Positions 39,046-51,869 of a stretch of 64,000 nucleotides of DNA are shown here, piece by piece; the stretch's first letter is position 1, and every line of letters begins with the position of its first letter. Source of the stretch: an uncultured Verrucomicrobiae bacterium (lineage in GTDB: Bacteria > Verrucomicrobiota > Verrucomicrobiia > Chthoniobacterales > JAATET01); NCBI GenBank assembly GCA_963719495.1, contig CAVRCI010000002.1:672001-736000 (forward strand), given 5' to 3'. A model generated the notes under the pieces. It did no database searches, was not told the origin of the DNA, and worked only from the letters and a program-made list of their open reading frames with translations. The translations under genes and the position numbers were made by a program.

Positions 39046-40259
39046 TAGCTTGCGCGGTGGCGGCGGGTTGCGCTGAGGACGAGGAGCGCGAGGAGGACGA
39101 CGTTGGTGACGACGAGGAAGAGGGCGAGAGGGCTGGAGGGGGAGAGGGGGTGACTGGTGGTGGCGGAGGTTTCGCGTGCTTCGGCGGATTTCTTGGCTCT
39201 CTCGGCGGCGGTGAGTTCGGAGCCGTCTTCGGCGTGTTCGTGGCCGTGGGCGGCGTCGAGGGCTTCTTTCAAGGAGATGCTGGCGTTGCTGCCGGCGAAG
39301 CCGAGGAGGTAGCTGCCGGTGGTGACGACTTCGTCGGCGGGGAAGAGGCCGCTGACGATCTCGACGGATTGGTCGTTGCGGAGGCCGAGCTGGACGGGGG
39401 TGCGGTGAAAGGCGTTGGGAAGGTCGAAGTCGCGGACGTAAACGACGCGGTTGGTTGGGTCGCCCTGAATGGCGGCGCGGGGGACGGACGTGACGTTCTT
39501 GTGCTCGGCGACGACGATGGCGAATTCGGCGCGCATGCCGGGGCGGAGGGCGTGGTCGGGGTTTTTGACGATGAACGCGGCTTCGACGGTGCCGGCTTCG
39601 GGGTCGGCGTGCGCGCCGAGGTGCTCGAGGGTGGACTCGTAGGGTTCCGGACCGATGGCTGGGACGGTGATGCGGGCGGGGATGCCGGGGGCGAGTCGGG
39701 CGGCGAGGTGCTCGGGGACGCGGGCGATGGCGTAGACGGCGTCGATGTCGATGATTTCGGCGAGGGATTCGTCGGGGGTGACCGGTTGGCCGAGGGCCAC
39801 GTTGGTGGTGGTGACGAGTCCGGTCATCGGCGCCGTGAGAATGATGGTCGGCGGTGGGTTGCCGGGTTGGCGGCTTTCGACGATGACGGCGGGATCACCT
39901 TTTTCGATGAAGTGGTCGTGTTGGATGAAGACCTTGGTGGCGCGACCGGGGATGCGGCTGCTGACGGCGGCACGGTGGCCGGGGAGGACGTCGATGACGC
40001 CGAGGGCGAAGACGGTTTCTTCGAAGTTCGTTTCTTCGGCGACGGCGAGTTTGATCCCGAGGTTTTGGGCGGCGGTTTCCGTGAGGATGATGGGCTCGGC
40101 GGTGAGGGGTCCGCAGAAGAGGAGGATGAGAAATGCGGTTTTGGTCCGCAGATTAAACAGAGGTACGCAGATTTGATGAAGGAGACGGCGACTTCGTCGC
40201 TGGGAGATGCGATTCCATCTACGTAAATCTGCGTAATCTGGGGATGAACTTGGATTCAT
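39045..40259 (-). CDS. RND membrane-fusion (periplasmic adaptor) subunit
   Basis: APMTGLV, LRPGM, VPRAAI, VEIVSGL; His-rich HGHEHAEDG tail; start overlaps the upstream stop (ATGA). Confidence 0.9.
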   Translation of the reverse strand: MNPSSSPDYADLRRWNRISQRRSRRLLHQICVPLFNLRTKTAFLILLFCGPLTAEPIILTETAAQNLGIKLAVAEETNFEETVFALGVIDVLPGHRAAVSSRIPGRATKVFIQHDHFIEKGDPAVIVESRQPGNPPPTIILTAPMTGLVTTTNVALGQPVTPDESLAEIIDIDAVYAIARVPEHLAARLAPGIPARITVPAIGPEPYESTLEHLGAHADPEAGTVEAAFIVKNPDHALRPGMRAEFAIVVAEHKNVTSVPRAAIQGDPTNRVVYVRDFDLPNAFHRTPVQLGLRNDQSVEIVSGLFPADEVVTTGSYLLGFAGSNASISLKEALDAAHGHEHAEDGSELTAAERAKKSAEARETSATTSHPLSPSSPLALFLVVTNVVLLALLVLSATRRHRAS

Positions 40260-41617
40260 GGTTCAGTGGTGGTGAGCCAGCGGGCGTGGGCGAGGTGGTA
40301 GGCCTTGCGGGCGGTGAGGGCGTCGGTCTCGGCTTCGGCGAGGCGGGTGCGGGCGGCGAAGAGGGTCGGGTAATCGACTTCGCCTTGCTGGTAGGCGGCT
40401 TCGGTGGCTTCGATCTGCCGGCGGGCGGCGGGGAGGAGCTTCGAGTCGTAGGTTCGGGCGGTTTGGTAGGCGGCGACGAGGAGGCGGTGGGCGGCGTCGG
40501 CTTCGTTTCGGATCGTGAGTCGAAGGGCGACGAGTTCGGACTGGCGGCGGTCGCGAATGGCGGTCTGCTCGGCGATGGCACCGGTGCCCTTCTGCCAGAG
40601 GGGGAGCGGGATGCTGACGCGGACGCCGGCGATGGCTTCGTTTTCGAATCCGCCCTCATCAGCGGCGAGGCGCTCGCCTTCGTAGAAGACGCCGACGCCG
40701 ATGTCGTCCCAGCGGGAGGCGCGGGCGATGGAGACGGAGGTGTCGCCGGATTCGACGGCGAGCTCGGCGAGGCGGAGGTCGGAGCGGGTGGTTGGTGTGC
40801 GGTGGGCCGGGGGGGAGGCTGGGAGCGGGGGGAGGGTGACGGGGAGTTCGGCGGTGAGGGGTTGGCCGAGGAGGGTGGCGAGTTCGGCGGTGGCGGTGAT
40901 CTCGGTGACGGCGAGGGTGGTGGCTTCGGCGGCGAGGGTGGCGGCGGCGAGATCGGTCTGGCTGGCTTCGAGGGTGGAGGTGAGGCCTTCGGCGGATTGG
41001 GTGGTGAGGGATTTGGCGAAGGTTTCGAGGGTTTTGATTTGGGCGGTGGCGAGGGCAATGGCTTTGCGGGTGGCGGCGAGCTCGATCGTGGCGGCTTGGG
41101 CGCGTCCGGCGATCAGGCGGGTGCGGTCGGCGATTTCGAGGCGGGCCATTTCGATCTGGATGGCTGATCGACGGCGCTCGAGGGCGAGGCGGGCGGTGAG
41201 GGGAAAGCGTTGGGTGAGGGCGATTTCGCCGCGGGCTTGGGCCTCGGGGCCGGCTCCGAGTTCGATCTGAAGTTCGGGGTTGGCGAGGCGGCCGGTGGTG
41301 CGGGCTCGGCCTTCGGCTTCGGCGAGGAGGTGGCGGGCGGCGCGGAGTTCGGGGTTGTTGGCGGTGGCTTGGGTGGCGGCTTCGGTGGGGGTGAGGGCTT
41401 GGGTGGTGGGGAGGGTGAGGAGGAGGGTGGCGATCGCGGCGGTTGCGTGGAAGAATGCGGATCTGCGATCCGGTTTGGTTGGGTCGGCGATTGAAAATCG
41501 CCGCTCCTTGAAGATGCAGGCGGCTCTCTCGCTTCGCTCGATTTGCCTGGTGATGCGGCGGGACGCCGCATCTCGCACGCGGGGACGCGTGCGCTCCTTG
41601 AAATATCTTTTGCTCAT
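40256..41617 (-). CDS. TolC/CzcC-family outer-membrane efflux protein
   Basis: Start MSKRYF at 41617; ANNPELRAAR, LANPELQI, VSIPLPLW, AYQQGEV. Confidence 0.85.
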   Translation of the reverse strand: MSKRYFKERTRPRVRDAASRRITRQIERSERAACIFKERRFSIADPTKPDRRSAFFHATAAIATLLLTLPTTQALTPTEAATQATANNPELRAARHLLAEAEGRARTTGRLANPELQIELGAGPEAQARGEIALTQRFPLTARLALERRRSAIQIEMARLEIADRTRLIAGRAQAATIELAATRKAIALATAQIKTLETFAKSLTTQSAEGLTSTLEASQTDLAAATLAAEATTLAVTEITATAELATLLGQPLTAELPVTLPPLPASPPAHRTPTTRSDLRLAELAVESGDTSVSIARASRWDDIGVGVFYEGERLAADEGGFENEAIAGVRVSIPLPLWQKGTGAIAEQTAIRDRRQSELVALRLTIRNEADAAHRLLVAAYQTARTYDSKLLPAARRQIEATEAAYQQGEVDYPTLFAARTRLAEAETDALTARKAYHLAHARWLTTTEP

Positions 41618-41700
41618 TTGTGCTGATCGTTGCGTTGAGCTCGCTTTTGCGGGCTCGGGTGACGGGACGCGGGTCGTGGGCACGAGGTGCCCGCGACGGA

Positions 41701-42018
41701 TCAGGACAACTGAGGGGGGTGGTCGATTTCGCGTGATCGACCGGGAGTCGGGCGTTCGTCGCGGAGGTGGAGCGGGAGGAGAATGGTTTTCAGCGCGAGG
41801 GCCGTTGGGTTGCTGAAGGTGGCGAGGACCGTGGGGGCTTGGCCGTGGCAGCAGGTGTGCTCGGTGGGGCAGTCGCGCTCCTCGGTGGGGGACGTGTCGC
41901 AGGTGGAGTGCTCGGCGTCGCAGCCGTGGTCTTCGAAGGCGTGCATCAACTGGGTGGTGCCCGCCAGGAGGATGGCGATGGCCCAGATGAGAGCGAGGTG
42001 CGTTCGAAGGTGAGTCAC
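41701..42018 (-). CDS. Small His/Cys-rich membrane-anchored protein (DUF2946/CzcI-like leader)
   Basis: N-terminal TM helix, HGCDAEHSTCD..CPTEHTCCH, ends IDHPPQLS; first gene of the RND operon. Confidence 0.7.
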   Translation of the reverse strand: MTHLRTHLALIWAIAILLAGTTQLMHAFEDHGCDAEHSTCDTSPTEERDCPTEHTCCHGQAPTVLATFSNPTALALKTILLPLHLRDERPTPGRSREIDHPPQLS

Positions 42019-42030
42019 GGTGGGGAACTC

Positions 42031-42795
<765 letters not shown>

Positions 42796-42813
42796 GGGGA
42801 CGGGAGTTTTTTT

Positions 42814-42885
42814 GGACAGGAGCTACGGGATTTTCAGGATTGATGCGGCGGGAATGGGTTCATTCCAATCCTGTTAATCCTGTCC
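42814..42885. repeat. Inverted 9-bp tandem-repeat hairpin element between pgk and tpiA
   Basis: GGACAGGAGCTACGGGATTTTCAGGATT ... AATCCTGTTAATCCTGTCC. Confidence 0.75.
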
Positions 42886-42887
42886 GA

Positions 42888-44135
<1,248 letters not shown>

Positions 44136-44151
44136 GCAGGTCACCGGAGTA

Positions 44152-44361
44152 GAGAAATGGGAAATTTGAAATGCTGAATTAGAAATGGCGAGGCGCTTCG
44201 CGCGATTTGTTTTGGCTTACTTGTTGCCCGTCGTCTTTGTGATGGCTCCGAGAGTGGAGAAATGGAAAATTTGAAATGTTGAATTAGAAATGGCGAGGCG
44301 CTTTGCGCGATCTGTTTTGGCTTACTTGTTGCCCGTCGTCTTTGTGATTGCGCCTAGGATT
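44152..44361. repeat. Tandem 105-bp direct repeat (heptamer array plus last codons of the four-helix-bundle gene)
   Basis: 44152-44256 versus 44257-44361; 7 mismatches over about 101 aligned bases. Confidence 0.9.
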
Positions 44362-44675
44362 CTTTTGAGTTCTTGCGCCTGTTCCAGCTGAGCTGTCGCT
44401 TCGGTTCGATGTTGGGGGTAGGAATCTCGAATTAGTCGGAGCCAGTAGTGACTTTCGCGGGCTTCTTTGGCCGCGCGACACATGATGGTGTGGAAGTCGG
44501 GCTTGGTCTGGGCGGCTTGGGCTTCTTCGACGTTGGCTCCGATGCTCGTTCCGCTTCGGACCAACTGCCGCGAGAGAACAAACTCCTTCTCCCGCTGCAA
44601 CTTGGATGAGAGTCGAATGACCTCAAGCGCGAACCCGTAGCTCTTGTCCAGAACGGCGTTCGCGCCGTCACTCAT
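44322..44675 (-). CDS. Four helix bundle protein (23S rRNA IVS protein-like family)
   Basis: KSYGFALEVI..LSRQLVRSGTSIGANVEEA..DF...AAKEARESHYWLRLI. Confidence 0.92.
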   Translation of the reverse strand: MSDGANAVLDKSYGFALEVIRLSSKLQREKEFVLSRQLVRSGTSIGANVEEAQAAQTKPDFHTIMCRAAKEARESHYWLRLIRDSYPQHRTEATAQLEQAQELKRILGAITKTTGNK

Positions 44676-44700
44676 CCAAAAATCCGCCCGAAGGGCCTAG

Positions 44701-44726
44701 CCATTTCTCATTCCCCATTTCTCATT

Positions 44727-44729
<3 letters not shown>
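44701..44729. repeat. Heptamer array (minus strand GAAATGA GAAATGG GGAATGA GAAATGG) starting in the gap stop codon
   Basis: Inverted partner of the array at 44257-44292. Confidence 0.85.
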
Positions 44730-46368
<1,639 letters not shown>

Positions 46369-46375
46369 CCGGTTA

Positions 46376-46579
46376 CTATAACCGCGTCACGTTGCGGGCA
46401 CGCGAACCTTTTTCGTCCTCGTAGAGTTCGTATTCGACGGTTTCCTCCTCTTTGAGGGTCTTGAATCCGTCGGTCACGATGGCGGAGTAGTGGACGAAGA
46501 TGTCGGTCGGGACATCGGGATCGACGATGAATCCGAAGCCTTTTTTGTCGTTGAACCACTTTACCGTTCCTCGTGCCAT
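46376..46579 (-). CDS. Cold-shock domain protein
   Basis: [15 protein letters not shown] and [11 protein letters not shown] motifs. Confidence 0.97.
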   Translation of the reverse strand: MARGTVKWFNDKKGFGFIVDPDVPTDIFVHYSAIVTDGFKTLKEEETVEYELYEDEKGSRARNVTRL

Positions 46580-46708
46580 GATACTGCTAATGGGTGGTTG
46601 ATTGGGCGGGGATTGGGCCCGCCCGGATTGCGACTATGGGGCCGGCGGGAGGCGGGTCAATCGGTTAAACGTTCCAAATTCGGCGCGAGGCGGTTTATAC
46701 AGGGCGGA

Positions 46709-47203
46709 ATGAAATCGCAGCCGTTGGTGGGAGTCGTGATGGGGAGCAAATCGGATTGGGAAACCATGCGCGAGTCGTGCGTTCTGCTCGAAGCACTTGG
46801 CGTGCCACACGAACGGCGGGTGGTGTCGGCGCACCGGACTCCGGATTTGCTGACGGATTACGCGAAATCGGCGGCGGACCGGGGGCTGCGAGCGATCATC
46901 GCGGGGGCGGGGGGGGCGGCGCATTTGCCGGGGATGCTGGCGGCGCACACGTTGGTTCCGGTGTTGGGGGTGCCAGTGAAGAGTCGGGCTCTGGCGGGGA
47001 TGGACTCGTTGCTTTCGATCGTGCAGATGCCGGCGGGGGTGCCGGTGGCGACGTTTGCGATCGGGGTGGCGGGGGCGAAGAACGCGGCGATTTTTGCGGC
47101 GCAGATGCTGGCGGGTTCGGATGCGGGGGTGCGCGGGGCGCTGGAGGAGTTTCGAAGGGAGCAGACGGCGGGGGTGCTGGGGAGCGAGCTTGGCGACCTC
47201 TGA
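46709..47203 (+). CDS. purE: N5-CAIR mutase
   Basis: [38 protein letters not shown]. Confidence 0.98.
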   Translation: MKSQPLVGVVMGSKSDWETMRESCVLLEALGVPHERRVVSAHRTPDLLTDYAKSAADRGLRAIIAGAGGAAHLPGMLAAHTLVPVLGVPVKSRALAGMDSLLSIVQMPAGVPVATFAIGVAGAKNAAIFAAQMLAGSDAGVRGALEEFRREQTAGVLGSELGDL

Positions 47204-47220
47204 TTTTTGGTGAGGTTTTT

Positions 47221-47390
47221 AACCGCGGATTACGCGGATTATGCGGATGGGTGAGGTGAATTTTTTTACCGCGGAGAACGGGAAAGATTGGTATGGTTGC
47301 TGAGTTTTCGACGAATCGGACTTTGGCGGACCGAGTGGAATCGGCTTCCAGCCGATTTTGGGTTGGTGATCGGCTAGAAGCCGATGCCAC
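47221..47390. repeat. Repeat cluster: half 9-bp array plus inverted REP pair
   Basis: AACCGCGGATTACGCGGATTATGCGGAT at 47221; GTGGAATCGGCTTCCAGCCGAT ... ATCGGCTAGAAGCCGATGCCAC at 47335-47390. Confidence 0.8.
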
Positions 47391-47408
47391 GATCGGGGGA
47401 TTGTTAGA

Positions 47409-48374
47409 ATGGTGACTTGGGTCTCAAGGGCGGATCAGAGTGGGGTCGCGGACGCCGTGCGGATTCTGTCGGCTGGGCGGTGCGTGGGGTTGCCGACCGA
47501 GACGGTTTATGGTCTGGCGGCGGATGGGTTGGACGCGGTGGCTTGTGCCCGGATTTTCGAGGCGAAGGGGCGGCCTTTGACGGATCCTTTGATTTTGCAC
47601 GTGCCGGATGGGGATTGGCTGGATCGGTTGGCGGTGGGGGGGGATTTGGCTCGGCGTTTGGCGGATCGTTTTTGGCCGGGGCCTTTGACGATGGTGCTGC
47701 CCCGGCGAGACTTCGTGCCGGATCTGGTGACGGCGGGGCAGGAGACGGTGGCTGTGCGGATGAGCGCTCATCCGGTGATGCGGGCGGTGCTGGCGGAGTT
47801 TGGGAAGCCGGTGGCGGCACCGAGCGCGAATCGGTTTGGGCGGATCAGTCCGACATCGGCGGCGGACGTGGTGGCGGAATTGGGCGGGCGGATTCCGCTG
47901 GTGGTCGACGGTGGGGCGTGTGAGCACGGGATCGAGTCGACGATCGTGTTGGTGGACGAGGAGCGGATTGGGATTTTGCGTCCGGGGCCGATTTCCGCAG
48001 GCGAGTTGGGAAGATTTGCCGAGGTCAGGCGGGTGGTGAACGCTCCGGTCGCGCCCGGTTCGCTGGAGAGTCACTACGCGCCGCTGACTCCGCTGGAGAT
48101 CGTTGGGGAGGTGCCCGAAATGGGGTCGATGGGGGCGGCGGCGCTGTTGTTTCGACGGCGGATCACGGTTGGGTATCGCGCGGTCGAGGTCCTTTCCGAT
48201 GCGGGCGACCCGCGGGAGGCGGCGGCGAATCTCTACGGCGCGATGCGGCGGCTGGACGCGAGCGGGGCGCAGCGAATCGTGGCGGGTGAGGTGCCCGATG
48301 GGGGGATCGGGGGTGCCATCATGGACCGGCTGCGGCGGGCGGCGGCGAAATCGCGGGATGCGTTGAATTGTTGA
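47409..48374 (+). CDS. sua5: L-threonylcarbamoyladenylate synthase (Sua5/TsaC2)
   Basis: PTETVYGL, KGRP..PLILH, FWPGPLT, AAPSAN, PG.LESHYAP plus SUA5 C-terminal domain. Confidence 0.95.
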   Translation: MVTWVSRADQSGVADAVRILSAGRCVGLPTETVYGLAADGLDAVACARIFEAKGRPLTDPLILHVPDGDWLDRLAVGGDLARRLADRFWPGPLTMVLPRRDFVPDLVTAGQETVAVRMSAHPVMRAVLAEFGKPVAAPSANRFGRISPTSAADVVAELGGRIPLVVDGGACEHGIESTIVLVDEERIGILRPGPISAGELGRFAEVRRVVNAPVAPGSLESHYAPLTPLEIVGEVPEMGSMGAAALLFRRRITVGYRAVEVLSDAGDPREAAANLYGAMRRLDASGAQRIVAGEVPDGGIGGAIMDRLRRAAAKSRDALNC

Positions 48375-48442
48375 GGCTGTTTCCGGTTGTCGGCGGCGGA
48401 TTGCCGTGTCAGTTACGACGATGATGATGCTCCATCCTTCCA

Positions 48443-51400
48443 ATGCTTGATCCGAGCAGATTGCTGACAGCGTCGGTGATCGTCCTGATGACGATTCTGG
48501 TGCCGGTCGCGGGAGCTCAGGGCGTGGTTATTTCCTCCTGGTTCGATGCGGAGGGCAGGCGCTGGGATGACGGTGTTTGGACCAGTGGCGTTCCGAATGG
48601 TGCGGGGGACGCCGCCACGATCCGATTTGCGGATGGGCCTCCGGGCCGCTTTGACGCTGCGAGGATCGAGGTCCCGCAGCCGCTGGTGCTTGCCGCGCTC
48701 TCGCTCGAAGCGCGCAATCGATTTTTTGAGTTTGGTGCCTTTGGGCAGACGTTGACGTTCGAAAGGGTTTCCGGGAGCGGCCAGAACCTGCTGTCACTCT
48801 ACGGATCGGGGGCGCGGATTCTGACTGGAATCGTCGCGGGTAACCTCGGAATTCAAGCGCGGACATCGGCCCATTTTGGGTCTGGGATCCAATCCAGCGG
48901 CCGTTTGGAAATCCGCGCCGCAGATTCGTTGTCCGTTGCGGGAGGGGTGTCGGCTGAATCAATGTTACTTGAACTCGATTCGGGATTTTCCGGACCCGGA
49001 CCGCAGAAGACAGTGGTTTCCGGAGCTCTTTCCTCGAGGTTCGATTTGACGATCCGTTCGCAGGGTTTCGGACCGGAGGGGGATTCCGTGGTGGTGAACG
49101 ACGCGGTTTCCGCCGGGAAGATCACCCTTCGGAATCAGGGCGATGCGACGTCCTTGCTCAGGATCGCCGGACCGGTCTCGGCGGAGAACTCGGTTGAATT
49201 CGACGCTGGACGCGGCGTTCTCAAGGTCGATCAAGTCTTGCGCGGGAAGGTTACGGCGAGTGGTCGGGTTGGCAGCCTGATCGAGGTCGGGCTGGGGCGT
49301 GAGGCGGGCAAAGTCGGATTTTTTCAAGACGGGAGTGTGCGGATCAACGCGGTTGATTCGGGTTACTCTGGAGAACTGTTTGGACGCGTTGGCGAAGTTT
49401 TTGACGTTGCGGCTGATCTGACGCTTCAGCGGATCGAAAATCTGGAGGTCGGGACGATGCGGCTGTCGGTGGGTGGCAAGGTCGACGTCCGGGCGCTGGC
49501 GGGAGACGGTCCGACCGTCGAGTTGGCGGGAGGTGAGCTGCGGGTCCCGGTGTCGGGTTCGATTGAGGGATTGGCGATGGAGGCGACCCGGGGGCAGTCG
49601 GTGATCAACTTCGCCGACCCGTCGGGCGCTCCTGAATTATCGGCGGATTCTCTCGGGGTGGCTTCGGGTTCGCTCGTGGTGGTGCGAAGGGATGGCAGGG
49701 CGGGCGATCCCGTCATCCGGCTGAAGGAGTCGACTCCTGAAATGAGCGGAAGCGGGGCGCTCAAAACGGATTCGGTGGGAATCGTCAAGGGTGTGGTTTT
49801 CGATTCGACGGCTTCGGCGGGGGCGGGGTTTGCGACCTACGACGCGACCGCTGAGACAATGCGGGCATTGACGGAGTCGGAGTATCGAAACGCGGTCGGC
49901 GCTGGAGCGAACGTGAAGTTGAGTGCGGGATTGGTGACGGCAGGTGATGGAATCGGGGTGAATTCGCTGGTTCTGGACGGCGGGGCGGATCTGCGGTTTC
50001 CGGGCGCGGAGTTTGGGATTGCGAGTGGAATGGTGGTGTCGACGGGGGTAGAGCCGAACGTGATCGGTTTCGGCGCGGGGGGTGGTCAGCGGATCGTCGG
50101 CGCGGGTGGCGCGGTGCAATTCTTTACCGGGACGGATCTCACGCTGAACGTGGGAGTGGACGGGACGCTGGTGAAATCGGGGGACGCGCGGTTGATTTTA
50201 GAACCGGGTGGATCGGCGACCACGGGGGTCGTGGTGAACCGGGGGACGCTGGACGTGAAGGGCGGGCAGCAATTTGGCGAGGTGACGGTCCGATCCGGGG
50301 GGAAGTTGAGGAGTGATTCCAGCGTGATTCTGGACGATCTCGGCACGACCCGGATCGAGGCTGGAGGGCGCTGGGAGTTGGACGGATACGAGCAGGCGCT
50401 GACGGGACTGAGTGGTCGGGGCACGGTTGTCGGCGTGAACGAGTGGAGGGCGGCTCGATTTGAGTATGATCCGAATCCGACGGGTGCCGGACCGAACGAA
50501 CCGGTGGAGCTGGGGATCGAGTTTGCCGGAAATCTGGATCTGGTGATTGGTAGTGGGGCTCCGATTGCGCTGACGGGGCAATCGACGCACACGGGCGAGA
50601 CCCTGATCCTGGGCGAGGTCAGGTTGGGGGCGGACAATGCCTTGTCTCCGCATTCGGCGTTGCGGGTGGCTCCCACGCTGCATTTGGATGGTTATCGCGC
50701 GACGGCGGCGGGATTGAGGGTCGGCGGGTTTGGGGTGATCGACGGAGGGGACGGGGCGACGCGGGGTGAACTGACGTTGGTTTTGGCCGACGGGGTAATC
50801 GAAACGGCGAGGGGGCTTCGGATCGAGGGCGGGACGCGGATTGTCAAGCGGGGAGCGGGGACGCAGACACTGGTCGATTCCAATTTATTGGATGCGCACG
50901 GGGGCGCGGAATTCGAAGTGCAGGCGGGGACGTTGGTGATCGATGAAGGGCAGTGGGGTGGGCGGGGCCAGGTGCGAATTGGGAATGGGGGGACGCTGGA
51001 GGTGCGGACGGTACCGGATGGATTTGTCGAGGTCGTCGACGTGGCGGGCGGAGCGGTGGTGCGGCGGGATTCGCACATTTTCGAGGGTGAAGCGGCGCAC
51101 CGGTATCGGCAGGAGGCGGGGTCGCGGACGGAGTTCGAACTTTTACGGATGGAGGGATTCGAGGTTTACGAGGCCGGGTTTTCGGAGGCGGGAGGGGGTG
51201 ACACGATCAGCGACGTCATCGAGTTGAACTCGATTGCGGACTTTCAGTTCGTGTTGCAGATCGGATTCGATGCGGTGGCGTTGGCGGATTCGCTGAGTGA
51301 TCTGCGCGTGGGCTGGTTCGATGGCGGGGAGTGGATCGAGGCGGTGCTGGGGAATTCCGCGGGTGAGGGACGATTCGTGGGTCGCGGCGCGTGGGACGGG

Positions 51401-51610
51401 GAATTCGAGTTGGGGGAGTGGGGGTTGGACGCGGACGCGGGCCGGATCTGGGCGGTGCTCGATTACGGCGGGGAATTTTCCGTGATCGCGGTGCCGGAGG
51501 CGGGGACGTGGGGGTTGGTCGTAATGGGGTTGGCGGGGCTGCTGGTGGTGCGCGTTTGGCGGGGTGGTGCGCGGGCTGGGGGCTCACGTGGCGGAGCGGC
51601 GGCTCCGTGA
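48443..51610 (+). CDS. PEP-CTERM surface protein with autotransporter-associated beta-strand repeats
   Basis: Signal peptide; LVKSGDARLIL and IVKRGAGTQTL repeats; C-terminal VPEAGTWGLVVMGLAGLLVVRVWR. Confidence 0.85.
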   Translation: MLDPSRLLTASVIVLMTILVPVAGAQGVVISSWFDAEGRRWDDGVWTSGVPNGAGDAATIRFADGPPGRFDAARIEVPQPLVLAALSLEARNRFFEFGAFGQTLTFERVSGSGQNLLSLYGSGARILTGIVAGNLGIQARTSAHFGSGIQSSGRLEIRAADSLSVAGGVSAESMLLELDSGFSGPGPQKTVVSGALSSRFDLTIRSQGFGPEGDSVVVNDAVSAGKITLRNQGDATSLLRIAGPVSAENSVEFDAGRGVLKVDQVLRGKVTASGRVGSLIEVGLGREAGKVGFFQDGSVRINAVDSGYSGELFGRVGEVFDVAADLTLQRIENLEVGTMRLSVGGKVDVRALAGDGPTVELAGGELRVPVSGSIEGLAMEATRGQSVINFADPSGAPELSADSLGVASGSLVVVRRDGRAGDPVIRLKESTPEMSGSGALKTDSVGIVKGVVFDSTASAGAGFATYDATAETMRALTESEYRNAVGAGANVKLSAGLVTAGDGIGVNSLVLDGGADLRFPGAEFGIASGMVVSTGVEPNVIGFGAGGGQRIVGAGGAVQFFTGTDLTLNVGVDGTLVKSGDARLILEPGGSATTGVVVNRGTLDVKGGQQFGEVTVRSGGKLRSDSSVILDDLGTTRIEAGGRWELDGYEQALTGLSGRGTVVGVNEWRAARFEYDPNPTGAGPNEPVELGIEFAGNLDLVIGSGAPIALTGQSTHTGETLILGEVRLGADNALSPHSALRVAPTLHLDGYRATAAGLRVGGFGVIDGGDGATRGELTLVLADGVIETARGLRIEGGTRIVKRGAGTQTLVDSNLLDAHGGAEFEVQAGTLVIDEGQWGGRGQVRIGNGGTLEVRTVPDGFVEVVDVAGGAVVRRDSHIFEGEAAHRYRQEAGSRTEFELLRMEGFEVYEAGFSEAGGGDTISDVIELNSIADFQFVLQIGFDAVALADSLSDLRVGWFDGGEWIEAVLGNSAGEGRFVGRGAWDGEFELGEWGLDADAGRIWAVLDYGGEFSVIAVPEAGTWGLVVMGLAGLLVVRVWRGGARAGGSRGGAAAP

Positions 51611-51869
51611 TGGGAGTGTTGAGAATGTTGGCTGCGCCATCTGATTTGGGTAGGATCGGTGATCGCAAATCGCCACTCCGGAGCCGTGGATTGTCGATTT
51701 GGAGGGGGGAAGTGGCGCGTTGCGCTTTCGCACGCGCGGTGGGCTGGAAGCTCGGCGCGACAGGCTGGAAGCCCGTTTTCCCCGGTTTTGATGGGGTTTG
51801 CCGGTGAACCCGGACGTGGTGACCCGGGTATTCGCTGTTTTCTGTCGGTTCGCGGGATATCGTCTGGTC

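Noticed and set aside
167..39048. Long antisense or alternate-frame ORFs (e.g. 167..1108+, 919..2559+, 5075..7378-, 22355..25567+, 36916..39048+)
   Set aside because: Shadow ORFs expected in high-GC DNA; they overlap motif-supported genes and show no recognisable domains.
44152..44675. Diversity-generating retroelement (Avd-like protein plus a TR/VR-like repeat pair)
   Set aside because: No reverse transcriptase in the window. Mismatches are not adenine-specific in one copy (A in the gene copy at 4 sites, in the other copy at 2, one T/C), and coding changes are synonymous.
48380..48442. Sigma-54 promoter for the PEP-CTERM gene
   Set aside because: The best GG...TTGC candidate has 9 rather than 10 bases between GG and GC.
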